From contig JAHRHZ010000082.1 of NCBI GenBank assembly GCA_024137785.1, positions 13,013,873 to 13,077,872 on the forward strand: a stretch of 64,000 nt of DNA, written 5' to 3'. Under the pieces are notes generated by a model. The model ran no database searches. It saw nothing but the letters and a program-made list of their open reading frames with translations, and had not been told where the DNA came from. Shown here in pieces: positions 37,080 to 50,074 of the stretch. The stretch is from Ginglymostoma cirratum (taxonomy: Eukaryota). Every line of letters begins with the position of its first letter. Position 1 is the first letter of the stretch. Made by a program: the position numbers and the translations under genes.

Positions 37080-39840
37080 GATAGGGTTTCCCCTTGTCCT
37101 CAGTTCCCCCTTACTCCCTCAATGTCCACATTCAAATGACCATTCTTCATCATTTCAGCTACCTTCAGCTAGATAGGCAAATCAAATCTCTCTCCTCCCT
37201 CGTCAGTATTATATAGGGACTGTTCCCACTTTGACATCTTAATCCACTCCTCTGTCACCCCTAAAACCTCCCCCCGCCACCCCATGATACCTTCCCAAAA
37301 AATCACAGAAAGTGTAACACTTGCCCTGTTTACCTCTTCCCTCCTCACTGTCCAAGGCTTCAAACACCTTTTCAGGTGAACTAGTGAGTAATTTGTACTG
37401 TTTCAATCTAGACTACAGTGTTCACTGCCCACAGTGAAATGTCTTCTACATTGGTGAAATCAAAAGCAGACTGGGTGACTGCTTTGTGGGGCACCTCCAC
37501 TCTGTACTTAATAATACAGTCATAGAGTCATAGAGCTGCACAGCTTGGAAACAGACTCTTCGGTCCAACTAGTCCATGCCAACCAGATATCCTAAATTAA
37601 TTTAGTCCCATTTGCCAGCATTTGGCTCATATCCCTCTAAACCCTTCCTATTCATAAACTCATCCAGATGCCTTTTAAATGTTGTGACTGTACCAGCCTC
37701 TGCCACTTCCTCTGGCAGCTCATTCCATACATGCACCACCCTTTGCTTGAAAAAGTTGCCCCTTAAGTCCCTTTTAAATGTTTCCCATCTCACCTCAAAC
37801 CTATGCCCTCTAATTTTGGACTCCCCATCCCAAGGAAAAGATCTTGACTATTCACCCTATTCATACTCCTCATGATCTTATAAACCTCTATAAGGTCACC
37901 CCACAGCCTCCAATGCTCCAGGGAAAGTAGTCCCAATCTATTCACCCTCTCCCCATAGCTCAAACCTTCCAACTCTGGCAACATCCTTATAAATCTTTTC
38001 TGAACTGTTTCAAGTTTCACAACATCCTTCCTATTGTAGGGAGACCAGAATTGAACGTAGTATTCCAAAAGTTGCTGAATCAATGTCCTGAACTGCTGCA
38101 ACATGACCTCCCAACTCCTATACTCAATGCACTGACCAATAAAGACAAGCGTACCAAATGCTTTCTTCACTATCCTGTCTACCGGCGACTCCACTTTCGA
38201 GGAACTGTGAACCTGCACTCTGAGGTCTCTTTGTTCAGCAATACTCCCCAGTACCTTACCATTAAGCATATAAGTCCTGCCCTGATTTGCCTTTCCAAAA
38301 TGCAGCACCTCACATTTATCTAAATGAAACTCCACCAGTCACTCCTCGACCCGTTAGCCCATCTGAACAAGATCTCGCTGTACTCTGAGGTAACCTTCTT
38401 CCCTGTCCACTACATTGCCAATTTTGGTGTCTTCTGCAAACTTGCTAACTATACCCTCTGTGTTCACATCCAAATCATTTATATAACTGACAAAAAGCAG
38501 TGGACCCAACACTGATCCTTATGGCTCACCACTGGTTGCAGGCCTCCAGTCTCCGCCACCACCCTCTACCTTCGAGCCAGTTCTGTATCCAAGTGGCCAG
38601 TTCTTCCTGTATTCCATGTGGTCAACCTTGCTAACCAGTCTACCATGAGGAACCTTGTCAAACACCTTACTGAAATCCATAGAGATCACATCCACCACTC
38701 TGCCCTCATCAAGCCTCTTTGTTACTTCTTCAAAAAACTCAATCAACTTAGTGAGACAGAATTTCCATCACATAAAGCCATGTTGACTATCCCTAATCAG
38801 TCCTTGCCTTTCCAAATACACGTAAATCCTGATCCTCAGGACTTCCCCCAGCAACTTGCCCACCACCGATGTCAGGCTCACAGGTCTGTAATTCCCTGAC
38901 TTTTCCTTACCACCTTTCTTAGATAGTGGCATCATGTTGGCCAACGTCTAGTCTTCAGGCAACTCACCTGTGGCTATTAATGATACAAATATCTCAGCAA
39001 GGGGCCCAGGAATCTATTCCCTAGCTTCCCATAGTGTTGTAGTGTACACCTGATCAGTCCCCGGGATTTATCCACCCTTATGCGTTTTAAGACATCCAGC
39101 ACCTCCTCCTCTGTAATATGAACATTTAATAACGATCCTGACTTTCCAGTTGCTTGCTATTTCAATACACAATCTTGCCCCTACGCTATCATTTCTATCC
39201 TAGGTCTCCTGCAGTGTTAAAGTGAAGTCCAGTACAAGCTGGAGGAGCAATACCTTACTTTCTGCTGAGGGAATTACGACCTTTAGGACTTAAGATTGAA
39301 TTCAACAAGTTCAGAGCATTAATACTGTGCTCTACGTTTGCTTGTGTCTGCTCTCAGCAAAGCCAACCCATTTCTGTTTATTCACACTCCCCTTGTCTTT
39401 GCCCTGGATGCCCTCAACATCTGTTCTACTTACTCCCCCCCTTCCCTTGTCAATGGCATTATAACCATTATCTCCCAGCCTCCTTCCATTCGAAAAAAGA
39501 GTCAATGGACTCGAAACATTAAGCCTGTTTCTCTCTCCATAGACGTTGCTAGACCTCCTGAGTTTCTCCAGCATTTTCTCTTTTTATTCCCATACATTAG
39601 CACCCATAGTGTTTTACTTTTATTAGGAAATTACTTTGCTGAACATTTCAATGCAGTCGGAAAGTGTGACTGTGCTTCGAGTCCCTAGATATTTTAATTC
39701 CCCTCCCTCTACCTCTCCCAGCCTGACCTTTTTGTCCTCAGCCTCCTACACTGTTTCAGTGAAGCCCAACAGAAGCTCAAGGAATAGCACTTCACCTTTC
39801 TATGAGACATTTTACTACTTTGATTTCAATACTTTTAAGT
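37080..39840 (+). mobile_element. old Penelope-like EN-region remnants (37080-37514, 39126-39600, 39630-39840), split by a CR1 insertion
   Basis: Decayed DR.PLVL, YIGE.K.RLGD.F..HL, LGLLQC...KLEEQ motifs; ttaataa flanks the CR1 on both sides (37508-37514/39126-39132). Confidence 0.7.
37515..39125 (-). mobile_element. CR1 (HER1-like) LINE, RT to 3' end
   Basis: ORFs 38519-38746 (MDFSKVFDKVPHGRL), 37790-38335 (LEYYVQFWSP...GDLIEVYKIM), 37602-37793 (RVVHVWNELPEEV). Confidence 0.92.
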
Positions 39841-40034
39841 CACAACCCTAACCCTAACTCTAAACCTAACCAATCCATCTTTTGCAAGCTGCAGGTTATT
39901 ATAATTTACACTTCCTTTAATCTTATTTTTTTTTACCTTTGCTTATCCCAGTATGACCTCCTTTAACTTTGCACCATGTCTCTTTTGTCATTGAAAGGAG
40001 CATAGAATGTTGGGGTTGGAGGGGGAATTACCTT

Positions 40035-40385
40035 TTAGAGGTTCATAAAATCATGAGGGACATAGAAAAAGTGAACAGCAAGAATCTTTTCCCTCGGGTG
40101 GGGGAGTTCAAAACTAGGGGCCATATTTTTAAGGTGAGAGGAGAAAGTTTTAAAAAGGATACAGTGGGCAACTTTACACTGAGAGTGGTTCATGTGTGGA
40201 CTGAACTGCCAGACGAGGTGGTGGATGCAGTACAGTTACAACATTTAAAAGACATTTGGATAAGTACATGAATAGGAAAAGTTTGGAGGGATATGGGCCA
40301 AATGCAAGCAGGTGGGACTAGTTTAGTTTTGGAATATGTTGGTGTGGACTAGTTGACCCGAAGAGTCTGTTTCCATGCTATATGA
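40035..40385 (+). mobile_element. CR1 LINE 3' fragment
   Basis: EV.KIMR.I.KVNS..LFPRVGE.KTRGH.FKVRGE.FK. Confidence 0.85.
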
Positions 40386-41404
40386 CAGTGTCTAAACCCC
40401 CCATAAAATTGAAAATAAACGGTTGATTTTCAAAGGATATTAGGAAACCTTAGTAAAAGAGGTGATGCAACAGTTAAAATATTATATTGAATATGCTGAC
40501 ACTCACAATATCAATTAAAAATTTAAAAGACCAGTTGTTTTCATGCAAGTGGAATAAGTTAAGCACTTAACCTCTGGCTAGGAAGATCAGAAAGAGTTTT
40601 GTCAATTATACATGTGTATATATTGTACTTTACTGATGCAGGTAATGCTAACATCCATCCTTATTCTTGAAGAGAAATCAGTCAGCTATACTCTTTATGT
40701 TAATAGACAGCATTCATGGACACCAACGTTACTGAAATGTTCCTGTGCTTATGCACAAGTGATAGTTCACACATAGCTCTTATATAAATGATATTTCTGT
40801 GTGTGGATATATTAATTCAATGCAGATTAGCTTGAATTACATTAGATGCTGCAAGTTATTCATTTAAGGTCCAATCCTGTTACTAAAGTTGAAACAAAAG
40901 CTTGGCTTGTTGATGATTTCTCACCTTTTCCAAAATCAATCTCAGTGCCCTGCCCACAGCGACCAAGCGTACGTAATGGAGCTCTGAGAAATAAATACCT
41001 TATGTGAAAGTATAAAACTGATTTGAGCGTAAGTATATTGATCCTTTGCCCATCTAACTTCAATTTGTTTTCTGATTCTGGAAACTTTGAAGGAATTTCA
41101 ACTAGCCCAGCAATACAACATCAAAACTAACTGATTCTGACTGCTATCTGTTGGAAGCTGTCCACATATAGGTGCAGCTGACTGCTAACAACCTTTGGAC
41201 AGAGGACCTTGAGATACCAGAGAGTGCCAGTGCCAGTGATAGAACATGGATCAATGCCTTAAGGTGAGTTTTGGGGATTGTATGTCTCCAAGGACAAGTG
41301 GCAGAGAAGAAAGAAAAGCAGAGCAAATGACCATTTCATCACACAAACTCACCATGCAGGGGGAAGGATTGAAAATTAAAATAAAAACAGAAAATGCTGG
41401 AGAA

Positions 41405-41630
41405 ATTCAAGAATAGCTTCTTCCCCACTGTTATCAGACTTTTGAACGGACCTCTCATATATTAGAGTTGATCTTTCTCTGCACCTTCTCTGCAGCTGTA
41501 ACACTATATTCTGCATTCTGGTCTCTTACTGTGATACACTTATGTAAGATATGATTTGTCTGGATGGCATGCAGAACAATAATTTTCACTGTATCTCAGT
41601 ATGAGACAATAATAAATCAAATCAAATCAG
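41405..41630 (+). mobile_element. Rex1/Babar LINE 3' tail inserted in a pLTR-derived element
   Basis: FKNSFFPTVIRLLNG plus aataaatcaaatcaaatc tail; same tail as 50075-50605. Confidence 0.72.
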
Positions 41631-43530
41631 AAATTCAGCAAAATCTGTGAAGAGAAACAGAATCACTTTTTTGCATTCGAAACTTATAGAACACTTTTCC
41701 ATTTCATCTCTCCGTAGATGCTGCCAGACCTGCTGAGTTTCTCCAGCATTTTCTGTTTTGATTTCAGATCTCCAGCACCCACAGTAGTTTGTTTTTACTG
41801 AAAACTGTTATTTCCACAACTCAGGTGTGTGGAACCCAGGCTTTCTATCTCTTTCTCTCTCTCATACCCCAGTGTTTTGCAAGAAATATTTGTGGATAAT
41901 TCTTGATTTATCATGGCTGAGGTCTCAAAATTGTAAAGAATTCCTAGCTCAGGAAAGCAGACCTCAGATAAATGTGAAAAGTGGAATGTTGTGCACCTTA
42001 TCACTAATAACACTGTTCTTAATGTTCTGACATTTTTAGCAAGCATCATCATGACTAATAGCATATCGAAAGCTCAGCAATTAATTTGCTAAGATAAACA
42101 TATCAGTTTGAAAGTGCTTTAAATGAGCTGTTTCATTGGCATCTGAGAGAATTGAACACACAAGGAGATTGGAATGAGTAATGGCCAATTAGCTTGTGAA
42201 CTCCCTCAGTAAACCCATTGGGTGCAGTGCTTGTATCCCTTCAACCTGGACCTACAAATTGGAGTTTTTTTTTTGAAGCTGTATGAATCACAAGTTTCAT
42301 TAATGCATTCAAAGATCTCTTATACCTCTCCTTTGCTATAACCAGCCAGCAATGAATGTTAAGAGAAGCAATAGAACAGTTAACTAAGAACAGGGTCACA
42401 TCCAGATTCAATATTTCAAAAGTGTGAGCCCCAGGTAGTGATGCTGAAATACGGTGGAAACTTTCAGCAAACAGACCCCAATGTTCATCATAATATATTT
42501 AATGGAGACGTTAATCATAGAAGGAGATTGGACGTTACGTAAACTTAATAAATGTTCGCAAACTGCTTAAACAGGATAATTACACTGGGCCAAATCTTCC
42601 CAGCCACTGAACAAAGCGGGCATTGATGAGTCAGTTCAGAAAACAGGATGAGATCGACAGAAATGAGATTCTTGATGTTGACAGGAAAAGGTCTGATTTT
42701 CCAACCAACCTCTGAATCTCACTAGTGTGGCGAAATGCCTATTTGAATTTATTTGCATACATAAGCACGTTACTACTACCTTATCCTGCCTCATTGATGC
42801 AGTGATATGCAGATCCCCATTCTTTCACCCGCCAATTTGATTTTATTTGGTTTGATTTATTACTGTCACTTGTACAGTGAAAAGTATTGTCTTATGTGCT
42901 TTACAGGCAGACCGTACCATGCAAGTGCAACAGGGTAACTAGAAACTAGACAGTGACAATTCCCAAAATGGAGGTTGGGGGGAGTGGGTACTGCAGCTCA
43001 CTGCGTGCTTTTCTGGGCTTCCATCTTGGACGACAGCTCCCGAAATCACAGGGCTCCCTCCAATGGCAGTGACCACCATTCCCCCAGTGGAATCTGACAT
43101 TAGACATGTACCGATCTTACCACACCATCATAGCACATCCCCAAACCACCTACAATACCATTCTGCAGTTCAATGGCTGGACCACACTGGCACCTCTCCT
43201 TGGAATGCTGCTGTAAGGGACATGGATTGGGCCAGACTGCATCGCAGCCTGTTCACCTGCTATCTTGGTTCTCACTCACTTTGCACTTATGTAAATACAT
43301 TCAGCATTTCTGCTGTGAGATGTCCTGGGGTTGTGAAAAGTGTTCGATAAATGCAAGAGTTTATTTCTTTGTCACAGTGTAGCAAATGCTGGGATGAGTG
43401 ATTTCTTTTTCCAATAAGGTTTCTTTGCTCCAATTTTCTTCCCTTCTCTCCTGAAGACTATGATACCAAGGCTTGTCACACTCTGTGCAAGCCCCAATTC
43501 AGCACCTAAGCAGATCACCTAAATTGTTAT

Positions 43531-43620
43531 CCTTAGTCTAGGCCCGAAACATCAAGCTTTCCTGCTCCTATGATGCTGCTTGGCCTGCTGTGTTCATCCA
43601 GCTCCACACCTTGTTATCTC
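43531..43620 (+). mobile_element. solo PLE pLTR fragment truncated inside the hammerhead
   Basis: TSD acctaaattgttat 43517-43530/43621-43634. Confidence 0.82.
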
Positions 43621-43635
43621 ACCTAAATTGTTATT

Positions 43636-43880
43636 CCAGTGCACTGCTGAGGGAATGCTGGAAGATTGAAGGTGTCATCTTTCGGATAAGATGCTAAACT
43701 GAGGCTTGCCTTGATCCCTCAGAGTGGCTTAAACATCCCTGACATTCAAAGAGCAGCAGGAATTTCTGCTGGAATCCTGACCAAACATTTATCCTTCAAA
43801 CAACATCAGCTAAAAGCAGGTTAATTGATCATTATATCTTTGTTCTTTGTTAGACCTTGCTTTCGCAAATATTTGCTGAC
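43636..43880 (+). mobile_element. Deu-domain SINE remnant (AmnSINE1/SacSINE1-like); a second remnant at ~34345-34700 (-)
   Basis: ccagtgcactgctgagggaatgctg...gtcatctttcggataagatgctaaactgaggc...acatttatccttcaaacaacatc resembles my recollection of the Deu domain. Confidence 0.62.
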
Positions 43881-44764
43881 AAAATGATTGTTACTGTGGT
43901 CTCCAACATGCATTGCAGAGTCTCTGGCAGTTGATCTCACCAGCTGCCTGCATTCACTTACCACATGCATGTTGATCATTGTACTGCTGCATGATTTCCA
44001 GAAGATGCATGGCTAGAGAAAAGTACGTGTTCTCAGCAGCTTTGTCCAGCTTGTAACAAAGTGTTTCAGTTTGGTCCATATGGACTAGCATTCAGGATAA
44101 AGTAAGTTTGTGGTGGCAGTGCAAATGAATATATTAAGAACTGATGGAGCTAATGGGTGAAATTAGTATATTATAGTATTGGAAACATCAAAGGCTTTTT
44201 TTTTCCTTTATTCATTCATGGGATGAGGGTGTCGCTGGCTAGGCACATTCATTGTCCATCCCTAATTGCCCAGAGGGCAGTTCGGAGTCAACCACATTGC
44301 TGTCAGCCTGTAGTCACATGTAGGCCAGATCAGGTAAGGATGCCAATTTCCTTCCCTAAAGGACATTAGTAAACCTGATGGGTTTTTCCTGACAATGATC
44401 AATGGATTCATGGTCATCACTAGATTCGTAATTCCAGATATGTTATTGAATTCAAGTTCCACCGCCTGCTGTGGCGGGATTCGAACCTGGGTGCCCAGAA
44501 CATTATCTGGGTCTCTGGATTAACAGTCTAGTGATAATACCACTAGGCCTCCCCCGTTTCCATTGCCTCCTACATTGTTTCCATGCAGACTCTCTGCTCC
44601 TCTATCCATTCTCTGTAGACCTGCAGTTACTTTCTTCAGCAGCTTATCAAACTGGTCTGTGCAGGATGAAGAAAAACTAGAAGAAACACTGCCACACCCC
44701 ACATCTAAAATTTGACAGCAACACAAGCGGATTAGGGCCCCAGAAACAGATTACAAGCACAAAA

Positions 44765-45035
44765 ACGAGATTCCCTACAGAGTGGAAACAGGCCATTTGA
44801 CTCCCCGAGTCCACGCTGACCCTCTGAAGAGCTACCACCCACCCCATCCCTGCAACCGTGCATTTCCCATGGCCAATCCACCTAACCTGCACATCTTTGG
44901 ACTGTGGGAGGAAACCAGAGGAAACCCACGCAGACACGGGGAGAATGTGCAAACTCCACCAGACAGTCCTCGGAGAGTGGAAGTGAGCCTGGATCCCTGG
45001 TGCCTTGAGGCAGCAGGGCTAACCACAACTTCCAT
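44765..45035 (-). mobile_element. HE1-type SINE (further copies 45165-45255+, 48210-48490-)
   Basis: V-domain gagtttgcacattctccccgtgtctgcgtgggtttcctc on the - strand. Confidence 0.85.
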
Positions 45036-45289
45036 GCAGAATGGGAAATGGATTTCCGTTCACAGTTGAAAGAAAAAAATGTGCCTTATATGTTGCCATG
45101 TTTGTATATACCAAAGTATATCAATAATTAAAAAGGGAAATTTAGACCAACACCACACAATAAATTGTGGGTCTGGGTGGGATGGCCTGAGGGTCAGTGT
45201 GGACTTGTTGGGCCGAAGGGCCTGTTTCCACACTGTAGGGGTTCTATGATTCAAACTCAAGGACAGTTTGTCCTTGAACAGCATGCTTG

Positions 45290-47786
45290 AGGTAAAGAAA
45301 TTTGACGAGCCGAAAGCTGTTTTAAAAGCTCAATAGCATTTTGTTTTACTAAACCAGCAGCAAAGGGTAAAGGCTGCAATGAAGTGTTATTTCGTATTTA
45401 ATATCTGTTAAAGTAATGCACAAAATCATTCTCAAATGGCAATGAATTAAAGAAGCAATGACAGTGGCCACTGAATCTTTATTCAAAGATTTTAAAAACA
45501 AAGTTAAAGTAATAACGGCAATACAGACCATAGCATTAGGTGCTTGATAGCAGCAAGACAAGTGAGATTGTTGTTCAAAGGTGTCTTTCAGCTACTACAG
45601 CAGGATTGTGAATGCTTCTCACTGCAGTATATGAATCCATTGACATTACCAACATAGCCCACCTGACAACTAAAGAAGATGTTCTCATCCTTTCGTTCCA
45701 TAAAGAGAGTACAAGGATGTGCATATCTACAATGAACTGAAAAGATACATGCTTAAGACAAATATTTTCCAATCAAGAAATTGGTTTCCATCAAAACTGA
45801 CGGTGTACCAGCAATGCTTGGGCCAAACACAGGCTTTGTGGTATTCTACAGAAATGATCCTGATTTCTTCTCTTTTGTCAATTACCATGTTGTCACAACT
45901 TACGGGGGTTGCCCGTTGGAAATCAAGGCCTTATTTCCCAGAGTTGTCACAAAATTAAAGATTTTCTTTTAGATTTTAGCTTTTAAGATTTTAAAAAGTA
46001 CACAAATATTCCTGAATTTACCTGTCTCATAGACAAGGTTGACAGAAAGCATGAACCAGGTTTCAGTACCCAACAAAAAAATACCATTACAAGTAATTAG
46101 ATTTTAGCTACAAGTAAACAATTATGAACTATCGGCATATAATCTACTAATTAAAACTTCATGCCCCTTATAATCTCCCCTTTATACAGACAGAGGAAAA
46201 ACAATTGGTTGAAGGGATCATTGGAAAAAAGTCGTTCCCGTTCACAAGTGTTCTGAGATGCTCCCTATGATTCTTACGCTGGTTAGAATACTGCTTCTCA
46301 GTTAACCTTTTCTGGATGCTTCTGCTGGTTTGCAAAAGGCGCAGGGTGGTTGGTTCACTTATTAAAGGTCTCTAGCTTGTTAATCACAGAAGGATTGATA
46401 ATCTAGTTTTATTCAGACTTAACGTAGCTTTTACTTCAGAGAGAGAAAGCTTTTAAGCTGGCAATGACTCAAAAGCTTCTCCTTATCCTGTTCACAGACT
46501 GAAACTGTTCACATGATGTTGGCAGGTAGAAGACCCTTGCTGTTATTAACATGGTCACTTGACCACAAACCAATCTGCTACACGTTGCCAACCAAAGCTC
46601 CATTTGTACACAACACTTTGGCTCCAGTTCATCTGCAAACTAAACTTCGATTACTGCTTGAACAAGTGGCAGAGTAAGTGCTGCCAAAACAGCCAACACC
46701 CATACTGCAATCCTTGATTCTTAAAACAGTTATTTTCTCATTTAGTCCACGATTAGAAATATAGGAAACATTAAACAAAGTTATTAACACTACATAATCC
46801 TACACATAACACTACAGTTAGCATTAGCAAGTAAAATTATGGATACTTCTCACATAATGAAAATGAATAAGGTTGTAAATTCGATTCGAGCAAAAGCCCT
46901 TCACCCCCACTTGTTTAAATCCTTACTCAATGAACTCACTGCAGCCTACAGTGAACTAATCCTCTGTGCTAATGTGACTTGGTTCATTCGGGGTTAGGTC
47001 CTACAAAGATTTTTAGATCCGATATCTGAAATTGTCACTTCTTTAAAAGAAAAAAATGAAATGTGCAGCGAGCTGCCAGACAATGAATGGTTGCTTTTTT
47101 CAGGTTCCTTACAGGCATAACATCAAAACTGAGTGAGCTGAACTGTGAATTACAGGGATTGGACAAAGATCTAGCACATATCATCAGCTCTGTTAATGTA
47201 TTCAGATTGAAACTGGGTCTGAGGTCCACCAAATTTAAAAACAAAATGATATAACACTAACTGTGTCTGGAAAAAATACAAGAAAAGAAAGACAAAGATA
47301 ACTTGTTTCAGACTTTCTGTGCACACCTGCAAAAGTTAGCAGAAGAATTCAACAAACAATTTCAGGAATGTGAAGGAATGATTTGTCGTTTTTGTCTCAA
47401 ACCCATTCCTTCAAATAGACATTGATGTGTTGCCAGCAAAATTCCACCGGGTGTGTCATTTACAAAGCAGTGGAATTGATGTGGAGATAATTATTGTGCA
47501 AAATCATATTGACCTGAAACTCAGATCGAGGGACAGCGATATTCGGGGACTCATAAACAGAGAAAAATATCCACTTCTATCATCCTGCGCTTTTAAAATG
47601 GAAGTTTACTTTGACTCCACATAGTTCTGTGAGACAGTGGTCACCCAAATGAAGATAATCACGTCAAAATGTCACACTGGCCTCGAAGATATCCATTTGC
47701 TGAACTGTATGTAACCAGCAGTCTCAAACCACAAAACAGGCTTCAAGGTGTTCGCAAATAATATGCAGTCACAGGTATCACACTGA
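45290..47786 (+). pseudogene. decayed hAT DNA transposase (SPIN/Buster, GTF2IRD2/EPM2AIP1-like), split by a ~0.9 kb insertion
   Basis: ESLFKDFKNK, FSLQ..ES.DIT..A.L, SI.TDG.PAMLG...GFV...RNDPDF..F.NYH | ALASKIMD...KVVNSIRAKAL...LFK, W..RG.VLQRFLD, C-terminal QSQVSH*. Confidence 0.85.
45888..46811. mobile_element. LTR-like insertion inside the hAT transposase
   Basis: Non-coding ~920 bp between YH and IIH-like codons; TGT...ATAACA ends; exact limits uncertain. Confidence 0.5.
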
Positions 47787-50074
47787 GACTTAGTGACTAA
47801 AGGAAAGAATGTATAATTACATAGATATGGTTTTACTTTTATATAACATCACAAATAAACTTCTGTATTTTCTTAGGGATAAATTCTGGGTTGCTCTTAT
47901 ATTCAAAAAGTGATTTTGTGCTTAAAAAGGTTGGAGAATACATAACATATTTCAGCAGGAACTCATCCCGAGGATGTGAAAGGTTCTTTATGACTACATG
48001 TTTCTTCCTTCTTAACAATCCATTCACATCCCAACACATTCTAGTAACTAGCTCCAAGTAGCAAGGCAAGACAATTAGCAGGTTGACTAAATGTTTTAGT
48101 CAGATTCAGTCCTAACTTGACATATGCACTTTCAAGCAAGATTTGCTGGATAACAGTCAGGAATGGGAGACCAAACTGATTCTTCCCCTCCACATACAGA
48201 CGCTGAGGCCAAATCATAGAACCCCAACAGTATGGAAATAGGCCTTTCAACCCATCAAGTCCACATCAATTCTACAAACAACATCCCACCCAGACCCAGA
48301 ACCTTACCCTATCCCTGTAACCCTGCAAATTATCATGGCCAATCCACCTAACCTGTACATCGTTGGACTGTAGGAAGAAACCGGAGCACCCAGGGGAAAC
48401 TCACACAGAAAGAATGTGCAAACTCCACAGTCACCGGAGGGTGGAATTGAGCCTGGGACCCTAGTGCTATGAGGCAGCAGTGCCACCCCTGTATCAACAA
48501 AATGTATCAATAAAAATCTACTGCCATTGCTGAGATGATTTAGCTCAGCAGAGGTTTGACTGGGACCTGAAGGTTAATTCAGGAGCATGACTGAGAAGTA
48601 ATTGGCCATTTTTTCCCATCAGTTTGCCACATTTAACCTTCACGTAAGAATAACTGAGGCTGCTTACAAGCTTGGAACAGGTCAAGTACCGTCTCTGCTT
48701 TTTGTTTTAGTCAAGTTTAGCTGCAATCATAAATGTAAGGTCATATCTGTAATTATGCTGAATAGAATATTAAACCACCATCTAATCCTGCTTTGGGCTA
48801 CTCTTAGCAACTGGCTCATTGCCGTATAAAACACTTTCATTGTAATACAGGAGAAAGTCAGGCTGCAGTGTTTAAACATTCCTTCCATGTGACTCCTGCA
48901 AATATAAGCAGTAGGATTATTTGGCTGAGCCATTTTCCCCATGACCATCAGGTCAACTCAGGCAACAGGTCTGTGTAATACCATGGTGAAAAAAAAGCAT
49001 TTTACAACACAACGTGATCCAAGGCCTCAGATTTAAGAAAAATAAAAGCTCTATGAAATGTAAGGTATTTACTGAGAATGCAAGCATAATTAAAAGCATT
49101 TTTTAAATTTAATAATGGGATGTAGGCGCCATTGGTTTGACCAGTGTTTATTGCCCATATCCATTGCACTTGGACTGAGTGGCTTGCAAGTGTATTTCGG
49201 AGCTCAGTTAAGAGTCAATCACATTGCTGTGGCTCTGGAGTCACATGTAGGCTAGACCAGGTAAGGATGGCAGATTTCCCTCCTTAAAGGACATTAGTGA
49301 ACTGGATGGATATTTAGAGCAATCTACATTGGTTACACAATTGTCATTAAGCCAGCTTTTAATTCCAGATTTTTACTGAATTTGAATTCTGTCAATATGG
49401 GTTATAAATCCACGTCCCCAGGACATTAATCAGGGTCTCCGGATTACTAGTCCAGTGACATTACCGCTGTGACACCATGATCCCAAATCTCTTCAATAGA
49501 ACCAAATACAATCAGCAACCCAACTATAGTACCTTAAAACTGACACCCTGTGGACCATGGTTGTGCTGGACTTTGGATATTTCCAGATTTCAGGTCAACA
49601 TTTCAGACTTTGGACACTTTGGTTCAAGGGTTACTTGGAGCATGGAGATGTATTATGTGCAAAGCAGCATAGCCACTAACTAGTCATATGTAGGGTATGC
49701 AGAGTAGCTTGATCTTAGAGTAGGATAATAGGTTGGCACAACATCGTGGGCCGAAGGGCCTGTACTGTGCTGTACTGATCTATGTTCTAGTCAGGAGCAA
49801 CACTGCACAAACGAAATAGCTAATAAAATGACCAAGGTAAGTTTTGCCTCAATTAAAATTGATGTATGGAAACTCATTAAAAAAATGTTTTACCGCCCAG
49901 AACTCTCAGATTAGCTGGATTTGAGATATGAGTATATGAGAATTCTTTCTTGTAGTCTACATTTCCTGTAAGTGTTACAATTGCTTCCTGTAACAGCTTC
50001 CTTGTCACACTCTGTTCACAATCACTCTATTAATACTAAATAGCATCTCTTCCAACTGAGCAGAACCAATATCA

